Assembly (NCBI GenBank): GCA_036785375.1 | Contig: JAWMAR010000652.1 | Location: 620,001 to 684,000, forward strand | Reading direction: 5' to 3' | Length of the DNA stretch: 64,000 nt | Source: Leucoraja ocellata | Lineage: Eukaryota | Shown here: in pieces, positions 10,911-25,474 of the stretch | Layout: each line of letters opens with the position of its first letter | Numbering within the stretch: position 1 is the first letter of the stretch | Program-made: the position numbers and the translations under genes | The notes under the pieces: model-generated | The model's input: the letters and a program-made list of their open reading frames with translations, nothing else | Database searches by the model: none | What the model was told of the DNA's origin: nothing

Positions 10911-13019
10911 CTAGGTAAATGAGATTGAAACATACATTATAAATATTTGTTATTTAAAAATATTCTCAACCCAAGTTGCCATGCAGTTGATTTATTAGCA
11001 AAGTTTTTACAATGGTCCATAAAACCTGCGCAATTGTAAAACCCTTATTATGACTAGACTCAAATTGAAAGTGGATTAATATTTTAAAACATCTTAATTT
11101 GGGGTTTTTTAAACTGTATTTAGTCGCTATGTATGAAAAGGTAATTTTTTTTGTGATGTATGAAAAGAGTTATGCATATCCCGTCCAAGTCACTGTAACC
11201 AAACACTGCAATGTAAAAAATAAATGGATCAAAGCAAGAAAATGTTATGGAAGAAAAACTTAAGGGTCAAAGTTGCTTCATCATACACAAGCTCCAACTG
11301 CTCTGCCACAAACAATATGAACGGCAGTTTACAAGATTAGGTCATCTTGAGTCAGATTTTGATTTGCAAACTGTGCATAAGGGAAGATATATCCATTAAC
11401 TGATAGATCAGTGGAGCTGCTCAACAAAATTGAAATGTTGTGAAATCAGACCTGACATATTAAAATAAGAGTCAATATTTCCCCATCCATACTAAAATAC
11501 ATCACCTGAACATAAATATCAACAAAATGTGCAATTCCACACAGAAAAAGATTAAAATAGCCACGTTTTGAAAATTAAACACACTCATTACAACCAGAGG
11601 TGTAAAATGGTTGACGGAGTTAAAAAAAAAAAAATATGCTTGAATGTCAGCGAGTGTCCATTAGGTATCTGCAATTACATTCACTATGAAGCAAAATATA
11701 AACTTTTAATATGCAATTTTACAGATGCATTCACTGGGTCAATAATATGAACAAACTGGGGCATATAACGTTTTCACTTTTACTCAGCCGTTATTTCTGC
11801 AAAATCTAGGATGTAGAACAACCATTTTTGTGAGTAAAGCACACTGTAAATAACAAATATTTAACACACATTTTTCTGAGTGAAAAAAGTTAAAAGCCTG
11901 CCGTTTTGATATTGCACAAGTTTAGCTCAACCCACAAGTTGTTTGAGACAGGCCTATTCTCAAAATATATAAGTTCCTTTCTTTTCTTGCATTTTATTTC
12001 AATTTACATTGCCATTTAGATATCTCACCATCTCCTGGGTAGCAAACACTTTTTTTGGGTGAAATACCAGAGGTTTGCCATCAAGACTAATTATATTACA
12101 AGTAGTATCAAACCAGGAGTTAAAGTATAGTTTAAGCATACCAATGTTATTAGCTAGTGAGAAAATTACTTTAACAGCTTGCTCAACATATAATAGCTCA
12201 GCCATGGCAATGACAATAAAGTAGATTTACACCATTCCTTCAGTTTGGCAGGAAAATTTCCCCCTACAATTATAATGTTGATGTCAGAAGTAAGATGGAT
12301 GCAGCGAGGGAAGCATAACAAAGAATTAGAGAAACAGCACACTGGAGATCCACCAAACTGAAGAAGAAAGTACAATTCAACCTCGTGCAGTGATTTATAT
12401 ATAGAACAGCTAATAAAAAACAGCACAAATTAAGAACATCTAAAATGTGTTAAGGCCCCCAAAGTGGATCCTTCTCCATTGCAAATTTGTACAGAAAAAT
12501 ATGTTTTGCAAAAATGCAAAACTGCATTTTACAGTTTAGTAAGGACATTATTGCATACAGTCAGTCCTCTTGCTTACCAGCAAGGATTATACAATGGCAC
12601 AGCAGGTACCATTGCTGCCTCACAACTCCAATGGTTCAACCCTGACTTTGAATGATACCTGCATATTTTCCCATTGCTCTGTGAGCTTCCACTGAATGTA
12701 CAGATATCTGTTATATTATCTCACATCGCAAAGATGTGATGGTACACCATCCATTGCGAATTGCCCCCTCCTCCTTGGTGCACGAGTACGCAAGGGAGAA
12801 TAGGCTATAAAAACTGATACTGATGAAAATTATCTTACAGCTTGCATAGGTTCAGTAAGCTGAATGTATCATCAAAACCATAAACCAAACACTATTTTCT
12901 TAAATAAAGGCAATGCATTGGACTGCACTAAAGCAAAGATCTAAAGATTCCCAATTTGTGTGTATTTAATCCTACAATATCATTACCATTTCAAAATATC
13001 ACTATGTAATTGGATCACA

Positions 13020-13770
13020 GCTTGATATGCTTGCTTTCATTGGCCAGGGTATTGAGTGCAAGTCAGGAAGTCACGTTGCAGCTTCACAAAACTGGTACTG
13101 CCACATTTGAAGTATTGTGTGCAACTCAAGTCGCCCCATTATAAACGGATATGGAGAGGGTGCAGAAGGGGTTTATCATGTTGCTACATTGCTTAGTGTA
13201 TCAGCTGTAACGTGAGGTTGGATAAACTTGGGAATTTTTTTCTGGAGCAGAGATCGAGGGGCAACTTGGTATAAGTATATAAATTATGAGACGCATAGAT
13301 AAGATAAGACAATCAGAATGTTTTTCCCAGGGTGTAAATGTCGCAGATTAGAGGATATAGGTTTAAGGGGAGAGGAGATAAGCTTAATGGATAAGATAAG
13401 AGTCTGAAGAAGGGTTTTGGCCTGAAACATTGCCCATTTCCTTCGCTCCACAGATGCTGCCACACCCGCTGAGTTTCTCCAACATTTTTGTCTACCTTCG
13501 ATTTTCCAGCATCTGCAGTTCCTTCTTGAACATAAGTTTAAAGGAGACGCGTGGGGCAAGTTTTTTTTAAAATTTATTTTATTTATTTTTTTACACACAG
13601 AGTGGTGGGTGCCTGAAGTGCACCACCAGAGATGGTGGAGGAAGCATATATGACAGTGGCATTTTAGATACACACATTAATATCCAGGGAATGGAAGGAT
13701 GTGGGCAGAGTTTAAATTGACATCATGCTCAGCACATATATTGTTTGTGCCAAAGTGCTGTTTTATTCTA
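13020..13770 (+). mobile_element. Degraded CR1 LINE 3' fragment
   Basis: cttcattggccagggtattgagt, gtattgtgtgca and gtttaagg..agagg remnants. Confidence 0.65.
13388..13531 (+). mobile_element. Penelope-derived short element inside a CR1 fragment
   Basis: CTGAAGAAGGG...CCTGAAAC plus the family tail; approximate TSD ATAAG(C/T)TTAA at 13378-13387 and 13532-13541. Confidence 0.8.
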
Positions 13771-13999
13771 TCTTCAGATTGCCTCAGTGATCCTTTTTTG
13801 ATACTCTCTTCACTTTTCTCCTTCAATTATTTTCCTTTGCAACATTATTGGCCACATAACTGTATCGTCTTCCCAAACAACTGATAGAGATGTGCTTTTA
13901 AGTTTATGGGATCCCACCATCCTCCTGTCGAAGCAGCAATTTACTTGTACATCTGCCATTTTAGTATGTTTTTTTAAATGGCCATCATGCTCCAATGAA

Positions 14000-14390
14000 G
14001 AAACCAAAAAGCAGACTGGCTGACCATTTTGCAGAAGACCTCCTTTTAATTCAGCAAGTTGACCCCATGTTTCATATCACTCCCATACAGACCTCCTGCT
14101 TACAACTCCTTGTTCTAATGAAGCTCTACATGAGCTCAGAGAACAGTTACCCTTCTTTTGATTAGATATGTCACTGCCTTCCTGATGCAGGTAATCAGCA
14201 GTTCTTGTCTTGCAAATCATATTTCCAGCATTGTAATGTTTATCTTATTATGGATCTTCTATTTTGTTCACTGTGCTCTGTTACGTTTTGCAATTGCAAA
14301 AGATTGACTGAAAACATTAACTCCATTCCCCTCAAAGATGTTGCCTAACCTGTCAAAACTTCAAATAATTGGCAATTTTTATTTCAGTTA
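14000..14390 (+). mobile_element. Old, degraded Penelope-like fragment
   Basis: Remnants of KxRLADHFAE, SHTDL and CSNEA GIY-YIG peptides plus a decayed terminal repeat; boundaries approximate. Confidence 0.5.
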
Positions 14391-14854
14391 TACATCTTCA
14401 ACGTTTAAACGACCTTCCAAATCTTCAACTGCCAGCCTTTATGAAAAATTAATTTTTCCAGCTATATAGGAGGATCAAAGTAACAGGCTTTGGGTATTTT
14501 CACAAATCCCTACCAACTGACTCTACCCATTTCCAGTCACCATCTTGGTATTAACCAGACTGTCCCTTAACCTTGAACCACAATTGTGAAATGTTATCCT
14601 TTTTTACTTCCATCCTGGTAGAAAAACACCCTCCTCCCACCTCTGCCTCAAATTACCAGTTAATAACATTTTATAGTTCATTACCTATAACCTAATTCCA
14701 TTTAAGGTCGTGTGACATTGAGCCTTGTGTCATATCAACACACCACCAACCGCAACTCTTCAAATGTACTGTGTTCCAAGTTTTAACTATTTTTGTTCCA
14801 TTTTCTTCACCACCCCATCATCCCTTTCTTAATTAGCCAGCTTTAATCCAAAAT

Positions 14855-14955
14855 CCCATTCCTTCGCTCCAGAGATGCTGCCTGACCCGCTGAGTTACTC
14901 CAGCATTTTGCGACTACCTTAATTTAAACCAGCATCTGCAGTTCTTTACCACACA
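14855..14955 (+). mobile_element. Penelope-derived tail fragment
   Basis: ccattccttcgctccagagatgctgcctgacccgctgagttactccagca...cagcatctgcagtt family sequence. Confidence 0.75.
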
Positions 14956-15142
14956 TCAACATCTTTTTGCCATTTCTTAAAGCTTGTAACTTTAATAAAC
15001 CCTTTAGTTCAGTTCTCCCATCTCTTTGATTTAGCACATTTGCAGTGTCCCTGCAAAGTACCCAAACATTTTCCCACATTTGTAAAATAAATTGATGCTT
15101 TTGTTCCCAGCAAACAAATTAAAACAAATTGCTATCTGCTAC

Positions 15143-16061
15143 ATTTCTTTAAATATGTAAAAAGGAAAAGATTAGTGAAAACAAATGTAGGTCCCTTACA
15201 GGTGAATTTATAATGGGAAACAAGGAAATGGCAGAACAGTTAAACGAGTACTTTGGTTCTGTCTTCACTAAGGAAGACAAACAATCCCAGAAATACTAGT
15301 GGACTGGGTATCTAGTGGGAGGGAGGAACTGAAGGGAATCCACATTAGTCAGGAAATGGTGTTGGGTAAACTGTTGGGATTGAAGGCAGATAAATCCCCA
15401 GGGCCTGATGGTTTGCATTCCAGAATACCTAAGGAGGTGGCCCTAGAAATCGTGGATGCATTGGTGATCATTTTCCAATGTTCTCTCGACGCTGGATCAG
15501 TTCCTGTGGACTGGAGGGTAGCCAATGTAACTCCATTTGTTAAGAAAGGAGAGAAAACATGGAATTATAGACCAGTTAGCCTTACATCGGTAGTGGGGAA
15601 GATGCTTGAATCGATTATTAAAGATGTTATAGCAGAGCATTTGGAAAGCAGTGACAGGATCAGAAGGGTCTCCGTCCGAAACATCACCTATTCCTTTGCT
15701 CCATGGATGCTGCCTCACCCACTGAGTTTCTCCAGCATGTTTGTCTACCACAGGATCAGTCAAAATCAGCATGGATTTATGAAGGACAAATCATGCTTGA
15801 CTAATCTACTTGAATTTTTTGAGGATGTAACAAGTAGAATGGATAAGGGAAAGCCAGTGGATGGCATGCACCTGGACTTTCAGAAAGCCTTTAGCAAGGT
15901 TCCACACAAGGGATTAGTGTGCAAAATTAGAGCACATGGTATTCAGAGTACTATATTGACATGGATAGAAAACCGGTTGGCAGACAGGAAGCAAAGAGTA
16001 GGAATTAACGGGTCCTTTTCAGAATGGCAGGCAATAACTAGTGGGGTGTCACAAGGCTCAG
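15143..16061 (+). mobile_element. CR1-class LINE ORF2 (RT) fragment
   Basis: KSPGPDG, WRVANVTP, NYRPVSLTSVVGK, QHGFMK, LDFQKAF, SGVSQGS motifs. Confidence 0.92.
15664..15749 (+). mobile_element. Penelope-derived short element inserted in frame into CR1 ORF2
   Basis: TSD ACAGGATCAG at 15654-15663 and 15750-15759; net insertion 96 nt. Confidence 0.85.
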
Positions 16062-19000
16062 AACCCGTCTTCTTTTACCTTAACGCTATCATTTCTCTTC
16101 TGGTCCAAACACTTCCCACCCATATATGTCATCTCACTTGTCGTCCATCATTTTGATAAATTCCAATTTTCCTAGCCCGTTTCATCATTATTATGGGTCC
16201 CCATTCCTCCACAAAAGTCTGGTTCCCCTTGCCCTTCACCTCTCTCCTAGTGGTTTCCTTATCACCTTCCTTACTTATCACATCATAGCATTGTCAGCCT
16301 ATGCATACTTGCCTATAACCCTCCAGCAGTTGTTTGAGGAATCATCATCACCTGCCTTTATTGGCTGACTCCATCTATCATCCACCTGCCTCTTCCTCAA
16401 AATACCACATCCTCCTCCCCAGCTGCCCATCATCCCTCACCCTTCGTCGGTTCACCCACTGGTGAACATCTCATCACTGCTTCTCTCTTTATACCACCCT
16501 TAGTCCTAAAAAAGGGCTCATCCCAAAACATTGTCAATTCCTCCTCTTCTTCTCCCCCATTCCTTACAAATCCCTATTGTCATCAAACTACTGAACAGTC
16601 CGACCGTAAACAGATGCTAATCTTTCAACCTACCTCAATGCAAACCTTGCATTTTCTTTGCAACTATAATATTATAATGCTGTCACAAATTCTGCACTTG
16701 TATTTTTCTCTTTGTATTACCCATTGTGTTAGTGTGTAGCTTAATTGTACTCATGTATAGTATGAATTGACTGGATATTAAGCAAACAGAGCTGTTCATT
16801 GTATCATGGTATAAATGACAATAAACCAATACAAACACATCAAAACCATGATAATGCATTTATAAATGATAAAATATTCTCAATTTTAAATAATCTACTT
16901 TAAATTAGACAATAACACGTAAATTTGGTCCTTTATCATTATCAATAATACAAAGTTTCTTTGCAGTCAATGGGCAATTATAGGAAGATTATTCACTTCC
17001 CGACTTGCTTTAATTACAACCACTGTAAAATTTATACAAATTAAATATATGGATCTCTAAATGGATAATTAAATATTAATCATAAAAATAATAACTATAT
17101 ACAAGCAAAAGTTAATATTCCTTACTAATAGGGAAACTTCATATCAAGTTCATTTCCTCTATGTTTAATTTTCTTCCGAATATCTGCTTTATGACCTGCT
17201 GAATATAGCCACTAAATGAAAATATAGTGAGCAGAGTGACAAGAGACATTTGTCCATTTTAATCACTTTATTGTTCAAATCTACTTTACTGAAAGAACAA
17301 TGTGCATCAGGCACATTAAATGTTTACCAAATCATATTTTGGTTAATTAAACGAGATAGATCACAATTTCTTATGTTTCAGTAAATCTAAAGGGTGGGTT
17401 TTTGCAAGTGGTGTTCAATATCCTACCCATAGGTCTCATCCATCTTCCCAGCTCTCTGGAGTTTTTAACAAGCCACAAGCACCAGATAGATACAAGGTCC
17501 TTATCATTAGCTCAGCTACTTTCTACATGTATGCTGAACTTTAAATGCTCCTAATAAACTAAATTGCAACTGTTCATTTAAAAGATCTGACCACCACTTA
17601 CAATAGACAAAGCATATCTTATAATTAAACCAGCCAACCACTATCTCATAGCCACATTTATAAAGGTAGCTGAAAGCACTTAAACCATTCCAGATCATTG
17701 AGCTCTGCATCTTTTAGTTGCTCCAGTGACCAAGAAACATATGTAGTTCGTTCAACTCCATATAATTCCTCCCGAATTATCAATGATTGTGATAAAACTT
17801 ATTTTCTCTCAATTTGTATGTTCTATAAACAAAAATGAAATATTGTTGGGGTAGCCAGCATGCACTTTGTCAGGAGTGGATTCTCCTCAGAATGGCATGG
17901 ATGGAGACTTCTTGTCTATTTCCTATTTATATCACAATGTATTGGTATTGAAAAATTGTATGAGAATTAAATTTAAAATATTATGACATCGTTGCATTGC
18001 AAAATTCAGGAGAAAACTGACAATCTATTTTTTATAGAAGCAATTGGGGAGCATTTGGCTCCCAAAAGTGTAGGTATTGAAAGAGGGCACATGCCATCAC
18101 ATTTCCCTGGCATTTTCTCATTGCTTCTTAATTATGTATTTTTCCTTATTTTTTTTAAATAGGAACCCGAGGGGCAACTTTTTCCACACAGACAGTGGTG
18201 GGTATATGGAAAGAGCTGCCAGAAATAGTTGAGGCAGATACTACAACATTTAAATGTCAGAACATGGGCAACATTGAGTAACATGTGCAATTTTAATCTG
18301 GGCTATAGCAGGTTTTGTTTCAATTGCGCATTCAAGGATTTCTAAGCCTTTGTTTGGCTATTGAGTCTTCTGGGTGATGAGTTTATACATATGATTCTCC
18401 CAGATTGGCAGTATTAAAAAAAAAAAAAAGGAATCCATTAATGGTGTGTTTGCAATCTAACCAGCAAGTGTAAATAAATGTGTTAATACATTCTTGTACA
18501 TGAGCATTCGGGTCATCAATCTAGTCCGCAAAAGTTGTGCACCAGACTATTATGTTTAACTATTACCCAGGAAGTTTGCACTTTTTGATCCCTGCAATTC
18601 ATTTTGTTGCTTATGATTTGCCCAGTAGCTTTGAAGTTCCAGTTCCACTCGACTTCTTTCACTCAAGCTTCCTTTTCCAGGTATCTGGTCAAAAGTCAAC
18701 TTCTAATTTGTCTGCAAAGCAGAAGCTCACTAATCCAATTTGCAAAAAAGAATTTGGATATAGGCCAAGCTCAATAGCAAAATTCAACAATTAATTTAAA
18801 ATAAGCATACACATGAATTATAAACCAGCTCTTTCTCACGTACACCTCTGCCAAAGGTTAACGAAAATCAAATACTGCAGTCATTCTTCACAAGTAGAAA
18901 TGAAAATTCTAGGTATGCATACATAGTACATGGATTTTCATATTTATGTATCCATTATTGGTTAAAAATGTAATTAAAAACTATATGGCCTTATAATTAA

Positions 19001-19149
19001 ATCTGTAGCTTAAAGTCTCAGATTTGCCATGTCTAAGAAAATGAGCTACTTTTATATAAAAAGTATTTCCAAACCCGAGTCTTTATTATTGAATTTTTGT
19101 TATCAAAAAAACTTAAAATTGGTATACATTTCGAAATGTATACCAATTT

Positions 19150-19910
19150 ACACTTAGATGTAGGGATCACGAATGAAAGCTAGACCTTTGACATCAATGA
19201 GGAGCTTTTTAGACTGCTGGAAGATATTGAGTAGTAAGGTGGCAAAGGAAATGTAATCCATAGAAGTGTAATTTAAGGTATTTGGGGACACAAGGCAAGG
19301 GAAAAAAACATAAATGGGAGAACAAAATGGTGTTATGAAACACACGGAATCTTGGAACTTACATCCACAGATCTGCAAAGGTAGCAAAAGAGGTTACTGA
19401 TGCAGTGAAAAATGCACAAGTGATGTTTTTCTTCACTAACAGAGGCATAGAATATAAAGCAGCGAGGTTACGCTAGAACTATATACAACTCTCCTTGGGC
19501 CACAGCTTTAAATACAGTCTACAGTTCTGATCACATACAGCAAAGATAAGAACGCACAAGGTGCAAATGAAACTCAAATACAGAGTCAGGTTTTGGAAAG
19601 TTTTAGCTACGAGGAATGATTAGATAATTTGGGATTGTTTGTTAGAAGATGACCAGAGATTTCATTGAGATATACATAATTATGATGGTACAGATCAGGC
19701 AAATCAAAAGGACCCATTTACCTTAGTACAGCAATTTAAAGCCATGGGGGAATAAATATTGGGAGGGGGAAAAAAACCTCAAAGTCTGTTTGGGCTTAAA
19801 TTATTTCTCTGCAAGGGTGGTGATCATCGTGATTAACAAATGCTTAGATACCCAAAGAGCTGCAGTTACACGAGTAATGACAGTCAATTCTGAAAGGTGG
19901 AACTAGGCAG
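19150..19910 (+). mobile_element. Highly degraded CR1 LINE fragment
   Basis: agaggcatagaatataaagcag..ctagaactatat..cttgggccacagct remnants. Confidence 0.55.
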
Positions 19911-22187
19911 GAAAGCGACAATGAGCCAACATTTCCTTCCATGTTGTTAGTTTTCAGATTCTATTTTATAAATCTAATCATACCCCTATGCAAGTTCAAA
20001 ATAGTAAATTCCTTCAGTGCAGCAGCGACAAACTCAAAAGTAATCAATAGTTTGTTTTAATCCCTACTCTAAAGCACCACGCACCTCCAACTGACCAATG
20101 TGCACCCGATATGTGGCTAAAGTGATATTTTCAGTTCAGAGAAGTTCACAAACAATCCCTCTTAATAAATTCATATAAAGTAATGAAAGATGATTGGGCC
20201 AAGGGTTTGAACTACTGGACTATTTCCAAATGTTTGACACTGCAGCCCAACTACCTACCCAGCAATTAAATGTTCTTAAATATATGCAATTTTAGAAGAT
20301 TCACAATGCATACCATGTACTATTTATTTCAGCAAATATTACCGTCGACACTTCTAACGACACATACCTAAACCATCTGATATCATTGTGAGTTCCTAAC
20401 ATCCTTTCTTCTTCAAGGGCGCACCAATTAACTGCAGTTTCTACTCAAAAGCATTAGTTAAGGAAAAACTAAAGGGTTCTTCAAAATTATCCTTTGGCAC
20501 CATGACAAAAAATGTATTTCACTGTACCTGGTACATGTGACATTAAAGAAACCATTGAAACATGACCGTTGATCGTCGGGAAATAAAGCACAGGAACATG
20601 AGAGCAAAGGGTGATTTTAACCTCAAAGATCTTTTTTTTGTCATTTTGTTTTAGGATTTAGTGATTCAAGCAGAAACATTTTCTAAAGATAATCTATTTT
20701 TTGTTGTACATGCACACATACAGCTGGTAAATGCACATCAGGAACTTGACCAAATATCTTCATTCATCTAACTAAAGCAAGTAGGACAACTTTTAAATTC
20801 CTCAAGGTATACAGCAGGGAACAAAATAGAGACGTAAATTATTGAAAACATCACTTGGCAGATTCAGGTTATTAAAATTGTGTTTCTTAGCATTTACGTC
20901 TTAGTGATTCGTTATATAGACCATCAAGCCATTCGTGAAATCTTCAACATCTCTAGGAATTAATATGCTTTAAGCACCTCTCACGATATGAAAATTACTT
21001 TCCAAGTTCAGGCAATGCTTCTCTCCAAATGCGCAATTGAATCTTTAGACATTTAAAACAAAGAAAAAAACAAATTTCTCCCTATGAAGTTGAAGAATTT
21101 ACTTTGTTTAAATATAAATGGCAGTAGCATTCACTATCTATACAGAATAAATGCCACGTTAAGTATATAATGTACAAGCTTTCACTGTCTTTGACTTAAA
21201 TTCTAACAAACTTAATGATAAAGACTACCAGTTGCCAAACAGCTGTCAATTATGCAGTTCATCTATATTTTCCCTGCATTCACAAAAGCAGTCAACATAT
21301 TAGTTGCCATGACTTTTATTACATTAAATAATTTTAAGATTTACAAAGAAGCAAAGCCTCTACCTGTGAAGAGTATTGCCAGTATAATAAACCAAATAAT
21401 CCTGGAATAATTATTCTACAAGGGAACAACCCCAAATGATTATATTGACCCTTGCCAACGTTGTTCTAATCAGATTTGTAAAAACTCAGATGCATCTACA
21501 CAAGTTAAAAGTACTATATTTTCTATTGCCAAGAATAAATGGAAATATTACAGTAATCATGCCTGGCATGTAAAAGAACCAAGACGTCTCATTTTAAGAT
21601 GTATCATTTTCAAATGATTGCCACAATTCAGTCAGGTAAACATCAAAAGCATAGCACACAAGATAAATCTAATCCATGTCTTTATCTAAATCCAAGATAA
21701 TGGCTAGAAAAATGTAACGGGAAATTTAGAAGTCACACGATAAATTAATTTTGGTATTTAGAAGAGATGAGGTCATAAATATTTTCCGATTATGAACATT
21801 TGTACACACCTTGGAATACTAACAATGAACTCCAGTCAGGGTGAAATTTCACTGTCAAGGACATATCTGCATTCAATAGTTGAAATTCTCAAGTGTCAAC
21901 CATATTACTTCTCTGGCAACATCCAATTAATGCTGAATGGTTATCCATGTTTTTTGTTTTGACCTAGCACTTCAGACAGTTGTCATTAAAAAGTTGTCAA
22001 CCATATAACACCTCTCAAAAATCCTGCAGTGTTTTAAACCAAAATTAAAAAAATCTTATTAAATAGAAATAAAGGTAATTAGGGGAAGAATTAAGAAAAC
22101 GATTTAGCATCAAATTTACCTAACAGTACTGAGTTTTATTTTATTAATAAATATTTTTTCTGCAAACAGTAAAATTTAGAAACAAAG

Positions 22188-22488
22188 TAATAGAAACATA
22201 GAAAATAGATGCAGGAGTAGGCCATTCGGCCCTTCGAGCCTGCACCGCCATTCAATATGATCATGGCTGATCATCCAACTCAGTATCCTGTACCTGCCTT
22301 CTCTCCATACCCCCTGACCCCTTTAGCCACAAGGGCCACATCTAACTCCCTCTTAAATATAGCCAATGAGCTGGCCTCAACTACCTTCTATGGCAGAGAA
22401 TTCCAGAGATTCACCACTCTGTGCAAAAAATGTTTTCCTCATCTCGGTCCTAAAAGATTTCCCCCTTATCCTTAAACTGTGACCCCGT
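22188..22488 (-). mobile_element. CR1 LINE 3' end
   Basis: Same tail as 9372-9500 (gcaggagtaggccattcggcccttcgagcc) with a (tttctatg)-type terminal repeat. Confidence 0.88.
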
Positions 22489-25474
22489 GTAATAAGGTTC
22501 CTCGCAAATCCCTGGAGCCACCAGCAGACCAATAGTTAAAATTAATGCTTAATATAATTTAAGAATGAGCCCTTCAGCCAACACAATGGTTCAGATGGCA
22601 TAATGCGATTGAGGTATCCATATGTAGACAACTGACATCTTTGGTTTGATTGCAAATACATGATTAGTTAGCTATTCTCCATCAAGCATTAAGGAAGCCA
22701 CCCATTCTGATGGTAGAGGGTGTGGAGTTCCCACTCTTCAACACTTTCAGTCATCTCAATGGGAAGGTACATGAAAACTGCATCAGATGCCGCTAAGTAG
22801 AAACTTTGCAAGTTACTAGATTTTGAATTTCCTAGCCAAGTTCATTACCCATTTGGCAGAGGTACTATAACCCAGCCAAGCTTGTAAACCTTAGCCTAAG
22901 CCACAAAGGCAAAAAAGTAAGATTTCTTGTAAAGAAATAGAAATGTACAATGAATTTAAGTAAGCCATGAAGACATTCCTCATGCCAAAAAAAAAACATC
23001 ACTGTTAATATGTACTGTAAAGAGTTGGGAGAAAAATCATGGACATAACCATGGAAAACAATTGAACTGGAGAGAAATGGTATCCAGCTACACCATAACA
23101 TGGACTAAACAAATACACACTTTCTAAACATTTACTTGCCAAAGGAACCAATGGCGAAATGTAAAAAAACAATTAGAATTGTCCACCGATTTTGTAAACC
23201 GTGTATCCCATTTGTGTAACCTACAGCCATAGCAACGTGTAATATTAAAAATGATATAATAGATTCAAGATTTGAAAAGTTCTCATCTTACTCTGCCGTT
23301 TATTAAATCACATGCATTACATGACATATCCTGCAGATTTTTTTTAAATAATGGTACCGTGCGCCATTTTGAACCATATAGTAACAAAAAATAGTTGGGG
23401 ACAAAATCCTGAGAAACAGAATAGTTCAAAATTTAGATAACCAAAGTTACCTGAAACTACAAGATTCGTTGATAAATTGTACACATCTCCTAACCTAATG
23501 ATAAATGGCAGTAATAAGGTGCTATCAATTTTTTTTATCCGTACACATTTGAAAGATAATTTCTTGGTAAATCAAAACACGTTTGATTACACCGATGTCT
23601 CACTACATCAATGAATTTGTAAGCCAAAAACATATTTTGAAACAACCAACTTAAACGATTATCCTTTAATTAGTCAAGGGGGGGGGGGGGGGGGGGAATC
23701 TAGAACCAATGCCTTGAATGAGTTGACCCAAAAAACGGAGTCAACCAAAAACTGTTCAGTTATTCTTTAACATCAAAAGAAACTCATGCGTATTTTGCCT
23801 TGCATTAGTAGTCATCAAATGGATCTGGTTATACAAAGACAGGGTCAATAATTATGGACACAATCAATATGGAGCTGGATCTTAAGCAAATTACTATGTT
23901 TTCCTGAAAACATATCTGGTGATGTTTTACTGGATTAACTGCATTCTTGCAAGAATGTGCTTTATATGTAACCCAATGTTCAGTCACCATTAAGCTACAG
24001 GTGGCGCTGTATTGGGAGCGTCCGCCCTTTCCCCTCACCGCATTTATTTCACCAAAAACTCCTCATCCTGCATCTGGAGCCTCCAAACCAGCTTCTGGAG
24101 AGCGCCTCCTGCTGCACCCAGTATTGATTTTCATTTTCTGCATGGTTGCATTACAATATGGGTGGGGGCGGCTGTGCACGCAAGAAAGGAAAATTGGTTT
24201 GCCATCAGATTATCCAGAAAACACTACAACCGAAATGGATTTGAATGCAACAATAATTTTTTTAATGAACTATTTTATTTGATGCACAACAGTTCTAAAT
24301 GCCTTTTCCTGAAAGCCGGTTATATACGTTGCAACATTTTGAACCTGATAACGGTTGGATCACGATACGTTTTCTCCAAAGAACACGTGCTAAACATTTC
24401 TACTTAAGCAATTACAAAACTGGGGATCCCTGAATCTATTCATGTCTGCAGTGGAGCAGTACTCGCGCCATTTTACAGCAACGTCACAGCCGGCAACCAG
24501 TCCAGAGGTGCACATTTTAACATTATCATCGTCAACTTATTCCATCCCTAAATATTATCAGCATCATAAAATATGCAGAACTGTCACCGAGTGAACTCAC
24601 GTGAATACTTATATGTAAATTAACAAATAAATTAAATCACAGTTTCCATCCACCCCGTCTTCTGTCTAGGGCGTTCCTTGCTGTCTGGATTGGTTGAACA
24701 TGCTGTCTAAAGACCATGGAGCACTAGAAAAGGTATTGAGCAAATGTGTAAACAAATGTTCGATCAGATTCACGACTGATGCCTCACACAGATTAACCGG
24801 TTACAATTACTGTGTTATATTTCAGTTGTCCAGGACAGAGCTGATTTTGAGGGAGCTCGAAATTAACTGAACTAATGCACCCATAGATCAAACAACCTCT
24901 GAACAGGGGAGCTTCTTTTGAAAAAAACCTTGGCCGTCCAGTTTTGAGAAACACTTTTGGGTGATATTGTAATCCACGCTTAGGAAAAGCAACACTAACA
25001 TCGATTGGTTGCCTTGACCTATCATATATGCATCAAATCAATGCATGGTAAATTATACTAATATCCGAATCCCCACCTAACTTTGAAGTACAGTAAACAC
25101 ACACAAATGATTGACAATTATAAATTATTGATTAGTATGACTGATGCCGGCTCACAAATGGGTGCATTTCGCAAATTAATCGGGTGTTAATGTGATTTTT
25201 TATATCATGCGAATAGGCAACATACAAACAGGATAAAACAATCGTTACTGCTGAATCTGTTACCTTAGGTCGATTCATCTTTGTCCATAAAGTGTCAATT
25301 GCTAGAGATAAACTACTTGCATGCATCGCACACTGTTATTTTTTTTTTAAACGACAACCCAGTGCAAAAGAAGAAGGAAAAAAACAGGTCCTGGATTTTT
25401 TTTTGGACTATTTGTGTGCACGAAAAAAAATCTCAGTCATAATAACTTGTTAGAAGAAATATAAATGTTCTCAC

